DNA of 64,000 bases from Neophaeotheca triangularis. Its lineage: Eukaryota. Under the pieces are notes generated by a model that saw only the letters and a list, made by a program, of their open reading frames with translations, had not been told where the DNA came from and made no database searches. Below, piece after piece: positions 25,598 to 38,939 of the stretch (the first letter of the stretch is position 1; each line of letters begins with the position of its first letter). The position numbers and the translations under genes are program-made. Location: positions 62,001-126,000 of the forward strand of contig BAAIJX010000030.1 in assembly GCA_054600435.1 (NCBI GenBank). The letters are read 5' to 3'.

Positions 25598-27047
25598 GAC
25601 TGCGAACTCGGCCAGCCTGAATGAGACAGTTGCTCTTGAAGTATCTATGGTCGTTTTATGCAAGAGAGCAAATGTAAAAAATGATACAAGCAGAATCAAG
25701 CGCTCCTCCTGGGGCAAAAAGAAGAAGAAGGGGATACGTCAAGGGTGGCCTCGTGGTATATCAGTACCCACCTGCATTGTACGCAGATTGAAGGACTCAG
25801 GAAGGCAACGAAGGCGTTCGTGGCGTACTTTGCAAGGCTCTCTCAAGCCCGGTGTCTTTGTGGCCGGATGGCTGAAGGCCGATAACAAGTGATGTCTCAA
25901 CCCTGCTTCGGGGCAATGCAGGTGAACGATAGACACTTACTGCTGAGGTTTCACCCTAGCAATTCCTGAGGGTGTGAACCGGGTCTGTGGTATCTGAAAT
26001 TCTTTGTTGGACAACTGTTCGCGGACTGCTCGTCTACTGATGCCGTGGAATTGGCGTTGAACAGGATAAAGAAAGGGACACTCCTTTGTCTTGTTGCCAG
26101 AGTCAACTTTTGACGGCATAAGAACACTTGCTCTAGCAAAGACTAGCAGACATATATACGCCATTGGAAGGTCCAGTGTGCGGTCATGGGATTCGAGGCC
26201 AGGGAGAGGTAGGAGAGGTAGGAGGCATGCTTAGAGGGGCGCGAGATCGATGCCCGAAGAAGCACAAGGCTAAGACATCTGCGAATTTGGAGACCATCGT
26301 TACTTTTTCAGCAGTTAGTGCCATAATTGTCGATGTCTCGTACCCGTAGACATACTTGTACCTATCGCTGTTGCTGTGGTGGTGTAGAGGGACAAAGGAA
26401 GTCGGACCTTTTTGACCCGACTGCCGACCTCACCTCGACAACGCTCGACGACGACGATATCTTGGCTGTGACCGACATTATCGGCGAGTCTTGATTCTTT
26501 CGCTTCTTCACACAGACATCTCATCTCTTTTGCGATATGTTACTCTACCATGAGGCAGAAGATGGAAATGGTATCCGTGAAAGAAAGTGGGCCTGCAGAT
26601 CGCATCGTCGGTAGTTGCGTCAACGCGCATGAGCACGAAACGTTTCACCAAAAAGACGAACTTTAGTTATGGACCTCAGCCCGTGCTCGACCGAAAACAC
26701 AGGCTCATCGCCATCTTTATGGAATCACGGCATAAGGAAGTAATTCTGACACCCTACAACCGAAAGGCGTGGTCACGCTTGGGGCCAACATGCCAGGACC
26801 CGTACGGTAGCAAAGTCGCAACTGCTACGTGATAATCATCCCGTATAGCAACCAACTTTAAGACCCTCCTTTACACATGTGGAGTGTTTCGCGTCGCATG
26901 AACGTAACGTGGATCCAAAGGCTACTATAGATATATCTCTACAGCGCCCTTTCACATCCGCGGTCATCCTTCTTTCGTACTTTCAACTAACCAAAGACCG
27001 CCATTACTACTTCTCAATATCTCCCCCAAGACCGACCGACCCCCAAG

Positions 27048-27648
27048 ATGTTCCCAACAACCCTCCTCACGCTCCTCGCCGCCACTGTCCCCTTCTCAAC
27101 AGCCATCCCAACCAACCCCCTCCTGGCCCGCAACCACACCGACCCCTTCCTCCTCGTCACGACCTCCCAACGCGACCCGCTAGCCAACTCCAGCCAACTC
27201 GCCAACGTGAGCGCAACCTCGCTCTTCGGGCCCCCAGGCGCCAGAGACTACTTCGTCCGCCTGATCCCCTCCGGCTACCTCCAGCTCCCCACCTTCAACC
27301 TAACTTCCGGCACCCTGCACACGACCGCCGCCGGCCCGCACAACATCGGTACTTTCCAGTACAATAGCACCTGGGTGGAGGAGAATACGGAATTGACTTT
27401 TGCGCCTACGAACGCGCCGAGGGGGAATTTGGCGTTGAAGAGGGGGTACTTGCTCACTGTGAATGGGACCGAGACTGGTTGGACGATTTGTGATGGGGAC
27501 ATTGGACAGCGTGTGGTGAGTTGAGGTCTTTTGGGCAGATTCCTTTTCGCTGTGAGGGTTGCTAACTGTTGTCTAGGTTGAGTGGCAGGGGAACGAGACG
27601 AGCTGCACGCCTACTTATCTGCAAGCCGTGAAGGATGCTCCGTACTGA
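27048..27648 (+). CDS. Small secreted cell-wall-type protein (about 179 aa)
   Basis: Exons 27048-27515 and 27577-27648 (GTGAGT...GCTAAC...TAG). Signal peptide MFPTTLLTLLAATVPFSTA; C-terminal WTIC...C pair; N-glycosylation sequons. Confidence 0.8.
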
Positions 27649-27779
27649 AGTGTTTTTCAGCATGCTCCGAGTGTTTTCCAGCGTTTGCGAGGGTGATGGG
27701 AGTAGCTTTAATGCCCGAGATGAGTGGAGGGTTGGCAGTATAAAAGAATGAGCGGGGAGCTCCCACCACTGTACTAGTA

Positions 27780-30753
27780 CTATACCGCGACGCCACCGAT
27801 TAATGCAAGCAGTAGCCCCATCACTGTCAGGACCGGTGCTCTCAAGGGCTTTGCTCCACTGTCGCTAACATCGTCAGCGCTGCTTGATGCGCCCGGGGGT
27901 ATTTGCGTGCTGCTCTGCGACCCTTCGCTTACACCAACATCGGAGCTGCTTCCACCATGCGTCGATGTGGCGGTGCTGTCGACTTCCAAAGCACCGAGCG
28001 TGACTGTCTGCTCATTGACGACTACAACCGACGGAAGTGCACGGTCGGTTCTAGACGCTTCCGAGGCCGAAAGCAGAGCCAGCGTCGTTCCATCAAGCAT
28101 AGCAGTAGACCCCGGGATAAGGGTCAGAGTGTTACTCGCATCCGCGACGACGAAACCCGAGCCTTTGGTTGCAGAAGCCAGGGTGAAAGATTGATCGTCT
28201 AATGTCAATACCGGGAGTCTATTCTCGCTCGACTCCGAGGGTGTTGATGATGCCTCACTTCCCAGCGCAAAAGCGACGACTTCGCCCTCGTCAACGGCTA
28301 TACCCTGTTCGTCCGCGGAAATGCGTCCGAGACCCAAGACGTCTGTCGCGCCTTGATCGAGTGCGAGGGTGGTTTGCGGTAGGATCACGTTCCCTGAAGA
28401 GAGCGTGGCGGTGACAACGCGGTTGTTTTGGCCCGTAATTACTGCAACTTGAGCGATGGAGTTATTTGGGCTTTGCGCGAGGTCTTCTCGGCTGTCCGAG
28501 TCGGAGGAAATGTTTTCACTTGCTCCGTCGACTGAGGGTTCGTCGCCAATGTCCACTTGAGCGGCTGCGTGAGCGGCTTGCCCTGAAGAGCCTGTCGCTG
28601 CCGGGAGTCCTTCTATGCTCGCCGTAGATTTGCCAGAGCCTTGGCTTCTTTCCGTCGATTGGATCTTCCCGTCTCCTTTGCTGCCGTTGCAAAGTTGGCC
28701 ACGAGTGCCATCATTAGTGACTAAGGCGTCACTACCCTGTCCTCTTAGGTCGGAGTCGTTCTCACTAAACTGCTCAGATGAGTCAGTGTGGCCGGGATTT
28801 CTAGTTGGTGTCGACCTGGTTTGGCTAACCATTCCAAGGGCACTGGCGATGATATCGCCTATACTCCGGGCTGGTTCCTCAGCCGTTTTCGAATTTCCCT
28901 TTTCAGCGTGGTCTGCAGTGATAGAATTACCAGAACTGCCGCGCTCGGTGGAGCGGCTATCACCTCCACCACCGGAGCCTATGGGTAGATGGCTAGAACT
29001 ACTCACGTCGTTCGACTTTTGTCTACTGGGTCCCCGATTCGAGGAGCCCTGATCGTCACTTCGGAGGGTCGGAGTTGGGATGGCTGAAGTGCCATGCTCG
29101 CCATCGTAACTATCGCCGGTGTCGTTGCTATTCTTCGCATCATCGCCATCCGACCTGGATGCCTCTCTAGTCGGCTCGCCGGCAGCGAGCTTCGTCGGCC
29201 CAGCAAAAGTAGTTGGCTTCGTAGCAGGACTTGCAGGCGTAGTAGCCTCAACAACAACGCCGGGCCTCGTCGGTAAAGCTATCGAAGCAACCTGCTGCAA
29301 GGCCTTTGGTGGGTCAAAAATGACACCGTCTTTCAAATCAGGATTGAAAGAACAGTGTAGCCCGTCGCCATTCAATTGAAGTCCCAGGCCGCTAGTGAAA
29401 TACGAGCTTATAGCTGCAGTGGGGATTTCCAGCGCTGGGTGATAGTTGTCATAGATTGTCGAGCACACATTTTCCGTGACATTGCGATACTCGCCGAACT
29501 GCTCGTTCTCGAGGTGGCCGAAGCACTTGGGTTGACAGCGGTAGGCGGATGCTGGGACTGGTGAATTGAAGTCGGCGTAGTTTACCGACTGTGGTGGGCC
29601 GAAACTGCCGTCTAGTTGCCCACAGATGCTGCTGACAGATGCCGGGGACAAGGGTAGGATTGCCTGATACGAGCTGCCGGTTTGAAAGTTGTCGAGGATC
29701 GAATATGCGCCTTTAAAAACCATGTACACCGTCGGACTCGTGAAAGTGGTATCGTAGCTTTCGGCGGTGTTTGCTGTCCCTTCCAAGGTCTCCTTGGCGG
29801 AGATGGTGCTGTAGTTACCACACAAGCGATTGCCCACCGTCTCTACGGGCCAATAAAGGAGCTGCACGGTGGCTTTGTTGCTTTGGCAGGCTGGGTGTGG
29901 CAGAGTTGCCCAGGGCGCCGGGGCAGGAAGGGCAGTCACTGAGTCGCAATAAACGGGATCAGGTCGCGTGATATTCGCGTCAAGGGTTGCAGTTTGGGAC
30001 TCTAGAGCCACGTCAAAGTACTGCGAACTCCAGCTAGCGAAGACGCTACTTGCGGAGGAGTAAGAGCTGAGCATAAAACTGCATTCTCTCGGCGCTATCG
30101 TGCAAGCAGGTGGACTGACTGAGCTAAACGCCTCGGTGGTCAGATGCTCGGTGGTTGTGGGTATCTCGGTCAGTACAGTCTTCGATTGTCTGTACGTGGT
30201 GCTGATGTCGATCCTAGGAAATCCATCGCACAGGGTATATGGACGTGAGTTGTTGCCAACCAGGATCGACTCGGTAAACCCTGTTTCAATAGTCGACAAA
30301 GACGTCCTAGTAAAGTCCTGGACGTACGTTGTGCTCGAGTCGGCTGGTACTCGACCGAAACCGGCAGACCAGCTAATTTTTGCGCTGTTGCAGGCCGAAG
30401 CTGAGGAGAGTAGAGCGTAGTCATCTAGCACTTGGCCTGATCCAGTCGAGGAAGCCGTCTCGGGCGCCTCGAGAGCCTTAGTTGTGCTAGATGAAGCAGC
30501 CGAGGATGCGAATGGTAACGTCGTGTCCACGGAATTGCTTCCAAGCGTGATTGAGATTGAACCGGATGCGCTCGCCGAGAGGTCAATAGATGCTGCAAAA
30601 GTCAGCCGCTGGGCGAAGCGTAGTGATGTCTCCGGCGAGATGCCTACAGTCTCCATCTCCTATCGCGGACTTCGTTCGTATGGTAACATTTTGTGTGTAG
30701 CTCCCATGGACCAAATAAAGCAGTGCAGTAGTCGATACGACCACAGACCACAT
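27780..30753 (-). CDS. Large Ser/Thr-rich secreted, probably GPI-anchored cell-surface protein
   Basis: Exon 1 30753-30648 gives signal peptide MWSVVVSTTALLYLVHGSYT. Intron 30647-30593 (GTAGGC...GCTGAC...CAG); exon 2 30592-27780. Cys-rich core (VQLLYWP, TFTSPTVY, NYADFN, DPPKAL), S/T/G-rich stalk and hydrophobic tail. Confidence 0.85.
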
Positions 30754-31298
30754 GGTTCGGGCCCTTGTTGAATGCTCTGAATCTGTCGACTAACAACTAG
30801 TACATAGTCGTCCCTCGAGATCCTCAATGTCTAGGGTGAAAGCGGTGATGAAAGCGTAGTGACTTTTGATATGGCTAAGGTAGTCTGGGATGTCAAATTG
30901 TCTACACTGCTCAAGGTACCTAGTCCCACCTCCTTGGGATTAGATACGAGGCATCCATCTGCATGAAGGATCAGTCTAGGATTCGAGCATGACCATACAA
31001 ATGGTAGTAAGGCGTGCTGCTCTTCGCGCTTGCATTCAGCCGCAATCTGGAGTAAGATTGTTTCACATTGAAGCGAGCGAGTCCTTCGCGCGTTTACATG
31101 TTAGCGCTGCGCACGGTTATTTTTGGATTCTCAAAGGTAATACATGAGAGCACAGTTGGACGATCAGTACACCGTAGCCGCTGAAAGCTGGATAGCAGGA
31201 ACAAGCAATTGCGAGTCTTTCGAAACTGAGTGTTGTTGGCTGAAAGAGCCGTCGTTCAACTAGTAAGCGCACGCAGAGGTGTGATTTCTATCACCCTG

Positions 31299-33703
31299 TT
31301 ACGACTCGCGATCGTCCGTTGGGCCAGAATCACCCCCTCCATTCTGTCGCTCTTCCGTCTTCGCACTCTGACGCCTCTCACGCTCTCTTTCTGCAGCCCA
31401 AATATACGGCTTCTCAGGATACCTGGGACAGCCGCTTTGTCGCAAAACGTAGTATCGCCAAGCCCAAGGCATGACCTTGTGATACTGGTAAGCAGCATGA
31501 GCGGAGGTAGTCACTCCAAAGAGGTAGTTCAGTTCCTCGAGGCTCATGAAAGTCATGCTTCCTGAGGTTCCGCTAAGGGTTGCTCCAGCTGTCTCTCGTA
31601 CGAAGAAGAAGACGAGGACAAAAGCGAGGGCGTTGAGACCGGCAAAGACACCCAGGACGCCTGGATGACCAACTTTGTCAGTCAATACAGGGACGAAAAG
31701 TGTCAGAAGTCCGGCGCCGAAGAGGTTGACGAAGACGGCAAACGACATTCCGACCACTCGGTTCTCCAGTGGAAAGACCTCTGCTGACATTGTGAAGGGT
31801 ACAGGGCCAAGACCGACGGAATAGATGGCCCAGAACATGTAGATGAACAGCCCGAAGACCGGCACATGTGCTGAAGTTCCTTCAAGAAAATGGTGGCTCA
31901 GGCTTGCAGCTAGCATTGTCAGAGCGCAGAAAGGAAGCGTAACTAGAAGTAGCCACCGCCTGCCTTTCGTGTCGATCAGATAGTACGCAGGGATTGCAAA
32001 GATGACATTGACTATCCCGAGCCCCCAGCTCAGGAAAAGTGGTGGCAGGTCTGATGCGTCTGCCGTATTTCCAGTGGGGTCTCCCGCCCTGGAGAAAATT
32101 GTTGATGAATAGAACGCCAGAACATTGATTCCGCATAGCTGTCAGCGCGGTCAGTATTGGTCTGATGTTTGACCCTGGTGGACTTGAAGGCATACCTGCT
32201 GTGCAAGCATTGCGATGGAAGCGGAAAGAGTAGCTCTGCTGTTGCGCTTTTCGGAGAATAGCCGTGCTAGTTTACGAAAGTATGGCGTTTCCAATGAGCT
32301 AGTCGAGGACCAGAAGCGGCCAGCTGAGAAGCGTTTGGTACGAGGACGTTGAGAGCTAATGCAATCGTTGTTGTCATCCTGATGAGCCTCGGGATCAGCC
32401 CGCATGCCGGAGAGGAAACGAACTTCAACGTTTCTTTGGCAGTGAATGTAGAAGAGCTCTTTTGCTGCGAGTATTGGATGCTCCCGAAGGCCGATTAATG
32501 CTCTGTATGCGCTCTTGTAGTGTTTTTGCTTGACGAGAAAGCGGGGAGACTCCGGACATACCCAAACTAAAGCCAGCAGCACAATCGCTGGAAGAACGCT
32601 GGATGCAGTTTGCCATCGCCAGGCTGCCTGACCAACTCCAGAGACAAGTAAGTTTGCGGTGAATCCGAAGAAGATACCCAGGGCGACGAACAGCTGCCAA
32701 TTCATCACCAGGGAGCCACGGATGTGGGCTGGTGCCACTTCAGCAGCGAAGACGGGGACGACGGATGCTTTACATCCCATGCCTAGGCCTAGCAATATTC
32801 GACAGACAAGAAGAGTCTCCCAAGACTGTGTGCAGGCGCAGCCAATGATAGAGGCAAGGATCAGAACAGCCGAAATGCACACTGCAGCCCGGCGTCCGAA
32901 GAAGAGTTCATTGATAGGATCGGTGAACCAGCAGCCGACGAGACTGGCCGACAGGTAGGTGGCGGCGTTGACAATAGCAAAAATCCACGCGTCTCGCCCC
33001 TCAGGCGTTCCTCCGTCAAGGGTAAGGCCGAATTCTTCAGGCCAGTTTAGATTAGCAGAGTTGCTGCCCGTTTGATTCCAACCTTGAACAATGGCAGCGA
33101 CGCAGAGGGTGATAATTGTGACTTTGAGGTCTTTCGGCTGCTGCCAAAAGCCCGACACGGACGCCTTCCCGAGGACGGATAACTCTTCATCTGAGAGAAT
33201 CCGCAGACTCTGATAGGCCTCTGGGTCTCGCAATATGCGACCTGCCTAGTGAGATTGTGAGTTGATCCGGACAAGGAATGTTGGAAATTACGAAAGGACA
33301 GGCCCATACTTTGACGAATAGGTCCTTGAGGTGATCGAACTGATGCTCTTGGGCGAATTTCTCGGCAAGTCGGTCAACTTCATCCGGTCTAAGGTGAAGA
33401 AGAGGGTTGTCGATGCTTTGTCACTTGTTACTACTGTTCACCCACCCGTCTTCAGTGGGCAAGAATACCCACAGGCGTTGATCGTTGTTATTGAACAGCG
33501 CATAGTGATCTCGTGTAACTTCCGTAGCCACGGACTCCTTTGTGTTAGTGAAATAGCTATAAGCGACAATGCTTTCTGACGCTCACCGTAACGCTGGAAG
33601 CGCCACTGCCTGGACGTCGCTGTTGCAACTCTACTACATCGCCATTAGCGGCGGAAAGCGTAGATTCTGTTGCAAGTGTCCGTGGATCAAAGCGTTCGGC
33701 CAT
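31299..33703 (-). CDS. MFS sugar/polyol (myo-inositol-like) transporter
   Basis: Exons 33703-33587, ~33537-33473, 33415-33310, 33245-32196, 32138-31299. VQGWNQTGSN, FGRR, AEVAPAHIRG, PESPRFL, QQLCGINV, SAEVFPL. Confidence 0.9.
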
Positions 33704-34662
33704 TTGAATGGTAGTGTTAACGATTACAGTCTGCTCAGACTTTCCACCGGGTCGTGCTGAGCGGTATATGGTCGACCACGCCGTGCTGCGCCCCACGGAG
33801 AGGTCATGGCGGCACAGCTGAAAGAGTGCAGGAGCTGCAATAGGGGAACGAAGGTATGACCGCCAGGTACACATTCACAGCCTCAATCAAGGCAGGCCAA
33901 CAACTTTGGAGGGGCTGTTGGGTGCCACAAGTCGACCATGAGGGTGCGGCTGAAGCGTGTTGTCTTTCAGCCATGCCTCCAAAGGATCAAAAGATCGACG
34001 TCGTACAGATTGGAGGCGGGGGTAGCCTGATTGATAGCTATGATCTGCATCGAGAGCATGTGGACGGATGCTGGAGCCCTGGCAGTGTTGTTCCTTTCCG
34101 CTGCTCATTGTATTAGGTTTCCATGTTCGTTGGAATCTGGGTGATTAGACATTTGAGTTGTGACATCAAGTGAGATGTTGGGTGAAGTATAGGGTGAAGT
34201 ATGAAGGAGATTTCTAGGTACCGCAAAGGTGAAGGTACTAGACTACATAGTATACAGCAAAACTTGCCCGCCCAACTAGCGCCTCGTGTCTGCCTCCTTC
34301 CCCACGGTGCAACAGAGGCGGGAGCGGGGGCTCTCGGGACGGCCAGGCTACCATACCTAACTGGTAACTAGTGACTACCTTACCTACACCTCATACCTAG
34401 CTAGCTATATGGGTACCTCACACATACATGCGTGGCTATGCCAACATCGCTCGCCCCTGAGACCAATTACACCACTGCGCGCTCCCACTCGTAATTGCTG
34501 CACCCTCGTCACTTCGCCTCCTAGGTACGTACCCAGGTAGCGCTATCCGTTGCCTTGATCGTTCATAAGAATGTTCATAATCACCCTCGCCGCGATGCCT
34601 ATCCTCCACAGTGTTGTCAGTCGACGCAGCACCTGGCTTTTCGCTTCAACATTCACCAAACC

Positions 34663-37114
34663 ATGGTCGAGCCATTGCAGACCGCCGACGCGGCCATAGG
34701 CGTTGCCACCCTTGCGGTTGAAGCGGTCAGGTTTCTCAACCGTGTCAAAAATGCCGACAAAACAGCCCTCGAGATCTCCAATCGAGTACAGCAGCTGGCC
34801 GATGTTCTACGCACCGTTAACAATGCAATTCATTCTCGCTATAGCAACAAATGGGCTGAAACGCCCGACGGAGGTAGCGAGGAGGTTGTCCGCCAGGTGC
34901 AATCTTCCATTGAAGCATGCAATTTGATCTTGGTCGACATCAGAAACAAAGTCGGAGGCTATGATGGTAAAAATCCGGAGCAGACACCGTCGCTCATTGA
35001 GAGACTCCGGATTGTATTTCGACACCCTAGCATTGCAAGAGCTCAGGGTGACATAGAAGCTCACATCAGTTTGCTGCAAACTTCCCTCGGGCTGCTGCAA
35101 TTGTAAGGACTAGTTTCTTATCTATCGGTACGTCGGCTAATAGATATAAAGCTACGCAAATGCGGACGCTGAAGACAGCCGCGCGAAAGACCATGCCGAT
35201 CTCGCAGATATCATTCAAAAAGGCTTCGAAAGACTCGGAGCATTGAAGCAAGCACGCAAAGACCAAGCCGAACAGAACGAGGCTGAGGCTGAAGTTGAGT
35301 TGGGGGTAGATCATCGTGACCAAGGGACATCCACCGAGACGCTGGCCTTCCGTCGACTTGAAATGTTCCTCAAGGATGCCGACAGGGTCCGAATCTGTGG
35401 CAGAGATACTACGGCTGTGCCTTCAACTCGTCTAGCGTCGAAGAACCCGCACTGCGACTCGACCAAAAGCTTAGAAAGCTTGGAGTCTCATTCAGAGCAA
35501 CCGACTCCGCCCGAATTGGAAGACGAAGAATTCCCAAGGCCGCTCCCTCTTTACAGCAACGACATCGTAGGGTATTACAAACTCTACCAACAAGAGCTTG
35601 CCAAGGATCATTTCGGCCAGGCCGAGCGAAATCTCAACGAAGCCATCAAAAGTTGTGAGCTTCGTGAGCAGTACCACCATGTGCCTTTTGAACGCAAATT
35701 TGAAATGCGCGAGCAACTAGCCAACATCTCGCTGAAGCTCCAGAAATGGAGTGAAGCCGTCAATCAGATCCGACGACTGATAAGCGATCTCGAGGCTAGA
35801 AAACAGACAGATCCCGAGTACGCATTGCAAGATGCCAATAATCTTGACCAAGCGAGGCTGAACCAGCTACTGGCGAAAGTCTACTATGACCGGCATTTGA
35901 GTAACACAGACAACGAGCTGAGCCCTCTCAAGAAAGACATTGAAATCGCTCAAGAGCGCGCCGAGAGAGCTTTTGCAATTCGTTACAAGGCACTCTTTGA
36001 GACTGGCCGCCAAGCGTCACATGAGGAAAGGGAGGCTTACTCTGACTGTATCCACCACGTGGCACGCATTTTGGACTCACAGGGCAGAACCGTTAACGCA
36101 AGTTCATACCGCGGACTGCTTCCCGGTAGTGGCCACTTGGGCAATCGGGACCCTTTTCGACCCGAATCTCCACAAAGCAGTGATACACAGTCCGAATTCA
36201 TCGTGAGCGATTTCGACCGAATCATCAGGGCCATTAAAAAGGACGATTTGGACAAACTCGAAGCCCTTTTACAAGACCACAGTGTAGACATCAATGGCCA
36301 CTGTAGTGAAGGCAAGACTCCGTTGATGCACGCCGTTCTAAACGACAACACCGGCATCGTGTTAAAGCTACGCGATCCCACTGGGGCCGGCGCGGACATC
36401 GACCATGCAAACGACCGAGGCACCACCGCTCTGCATTTGGCCGCTGCCAATGGAAAATACAAAATGGTCAACTGTCTCCTAGAGTGCTATGCCACCGATT
36501 CCGAAGACAACGACGGTAAGACCGCGTTGATGCTCGCAGTACAAAACGGTTACCCTCTAGTCATTGAGGCTTTCTCACTCAGACATCCCCCGCTGCTACT
36601 GCAAAGAGACAAGAACGAGTGGAGCCTGCTCCATCACGCCATCGACCTCCTCGACACCCGTGTAACAACCAAGCTCCTGGACCTTGCGCCCGACCTCTGC
36701 TCGGAAACCGACCCAAGCGGCATGACTGCTCTCCACATGGCAGTGAAAGACGGCAAGATCTTACAAGTGAAAGCGCTGCTTGAGCACCGACATCACTGCG
36801 ACGTGAATGCACCTGACAACGCCGAGACCACTAACCGTAACCCCCTTTTCTTCGCCGCCGAGAAGACCGCCACCACCAAGGAGCGCCGAGAGATGGTAGA
36901 GCTGCTGGTTCAGCATGGCGCTCAAATCGATCCTCTTAACCCTCCTCGGTGCGCGGCGGACTATGAGGAGCTGAGGGCTGCAGGGGCTGGCCAGCAGCGA
37001 AGAAGTAGTTTGATTCCTTCCAGGAGAGACAGTGCTGCTTCCAGGACCACGAGCAGTAGCACTGGAAGTACTATTTTGAACGCCATCACGAGGAGGATGA
37101 GTCGGGAGAGGTAG
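34663..37114 (+). CDS. Ankyrin-repeat protein with N-terminal HeLo-like helical domain and central TPR-like helices
   Basis: Exons 34663-35102 and 35152-37114. Ankyrin motifs GKTPLMHAV, GTTALHLAA, GKTALMLAV, GMTALHMAV and RNPLFFAA. Confidence 0.85.
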
Positions 37115-37433
37115 GTGGCGGCCGCTGCTGCGACTAACTTAATGCAGGAGATGCCTTATGCATAAGGACAAGAAGCTCTCAAGTTTGACCAAGAGCCAAA
37201 GTGTCTGCAAGGTAGAGGATGAAATTTCGGAGAGCAACATTTAGCGCACTCACCGTGTGCTCCAGTCTGAGCTTGGGAAAGGGCAGCAAAGGGGCCAGAA
37301 CAAAAAGCAGGAAAAAAGCGACAAACATGAAACAACCCATAGAGCCACAAGACTCAACGTTCATCTCCATTAAACATTAAACATTACACACCACCACCAC
37401 CGCCCTCATCTTCACTCTCCGCCTCTAGCACCC

Positions 37434-38156
37434 TCACAACTCAGCCCCCAAAACCACAGCTCCCATCCCAATGACCAGCGCCCCCAAACTCCGCGCCAAC
37501 TCGCCAGCGCCACTATCCGCGGTCCCGTTCCTCGTCACCGGCTCTTCCGGCACCGACGTCGCCATCGTTCCATTACCGCCCACCATCGTCGTCATAGCAG
37601 TAGTAACGGTAGCATTCCCCGTCATCGCCATCGTCGTCGAACCCGCGCTCCCGGTCCAGAACGTCGGCATCCCAGTCGGCTCAGGAGGCACGACAGTGGA
37701 ATAATTCGTCGTTTCCTCAGTCGTTGACTCCGCGCTCCCGGTCCAGAAGGTCGGCATCCCCGTCGGCTCAGGGGGAACGACAGTGGAATAATCCGTCGTC
37801 GCCTCCCCGCTGCTTGTCACCGCAGCCGTAGTCCCAAATTCCGAAGCAAAGGAAGCGAGATTCTCCCTCCCGCAAAACTGCCTGGGGAACTCGCGAACGA
37901 GCTCGATATCCGCGCTTTCGGTGCAGGTGGTCCGGAGAGCTGCTTGCAAGCCTGGGATGAGGCGGGGGTTGGCGCAGAGGCAGGGGGCGTTGTTGGGGGC
38001 GCAGCCGGAGGACAAGATGGCTTGGGCGAGAGCTGGGGCGGCGCAGGAGGGGAGCGGGGGTGGGGGTGGGGGGCCGTTTTGTTGTTGAGGGAGTGGGGTC
38101 GCAAGGATTGCGAGGGGGAGGGAGAGCGCGAAGGTCTGGCAGGACAGACGGACCAT
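37434..38156 (-). CDS. Degenerate CFEM-domain, probably GPI-anchored protein with internal repeat
   Basis: Signal peptide; LPSCA...SGC...CLC...C...FC spacing; Thr-rich stalk; hydrophobic tail LGALVIGMGAVVLG. Confidence 0.8.
   Translation of the reverse strand: MVRLSCQTFALSLPLAILATPLPQQQNGPPPPPPLPSCAAPALAQAILSSGCAPNNAPCLCANPRLIPGLQAALRTTCTESADIELVREFPRQFCGRENLASFASEFGTTAAVTSSGEATTDYSTVVPPEPTGMPTFWTGSAESTTEETTNYSTVVPPEPTGMPTFWTGSAGSTTMAMTGNATVTTAMTTMVGGNGTMATSVPEEPVTRNGTADSGAGELARSLGALVIGMGAVVLGAEL
37633..37799. repeat. 87-bp-period intragenic duplication (29 codons)
   Basis: Two copies encoding TT(D/N)YSTVVPPEPTGMPTFWTGSA(E/G)ST. Confidence 0.9.
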
Positions 38157-38939
38157 TTTTGCTCTGCTGAGTTTGATTAGGTAGGTATTTGGGGGTCCCT
38201 GATTGATCTTCCTGGGAAGAAGCGGCTTCTGGATATGAGGGAGATTGACCAAGTGCTGGAATTTGAGGAGAACAAGAAGTTTGATTCATAGGGTGCTTGC
38301 TCTGTGTTGCGAGCAAGCTACTTAGCCTTTGCTTCTTGGACGTCGCTTTCGTCCAGTTAGTGACATTCCGGAGAGATCCCTGATGAGCACTGCTTTGCTG
38401 CGTTCGTCCCAAAGACAAGACGCATACAAATAGAACGACAAAGGCGTTGTTCTTCTTGTGTTCGCGAGTCTGGACCTGCACTTGTCGTGCCTTCCGCTTT
38501 CAGAAAAAACTTGGCAGAATGAAGTCTTCAGGAATGTAAGCTAGCGATGAACAAAGGCCGCTTCCAACTCCCCCACACAAGACAAGACGATTGTCAAAGG
38601 GCTTTGTCCTCCAATCGTTTCGTCTGTTTGCAGTGCCATCGCTGCCCGGTTACACTCCCAAGGAAAGCCGTCGCGCCATGCTGCCACGGTGGACAAAGAA
38701 ACAGTAACCTTGTCATGCACACCCCGACTTCTGAATGACGGCAATGGCGCGCCGTGCAGGCAAAACTTCCGCAGATCTACCACCGTCGACACCCACAGTG
38801 ACGACTCCAGCCCCGGCTGCAAAAGCCATGCGAAACCCCGTCGCGGCTGACCCCCAAGACTACAAGGAGCGGGAGACAGCAACAGCCTGACGACGCTCTC
38901 CCACGCCTTTCGCGAGACCTTCATCGCGCTGCCATTCAC

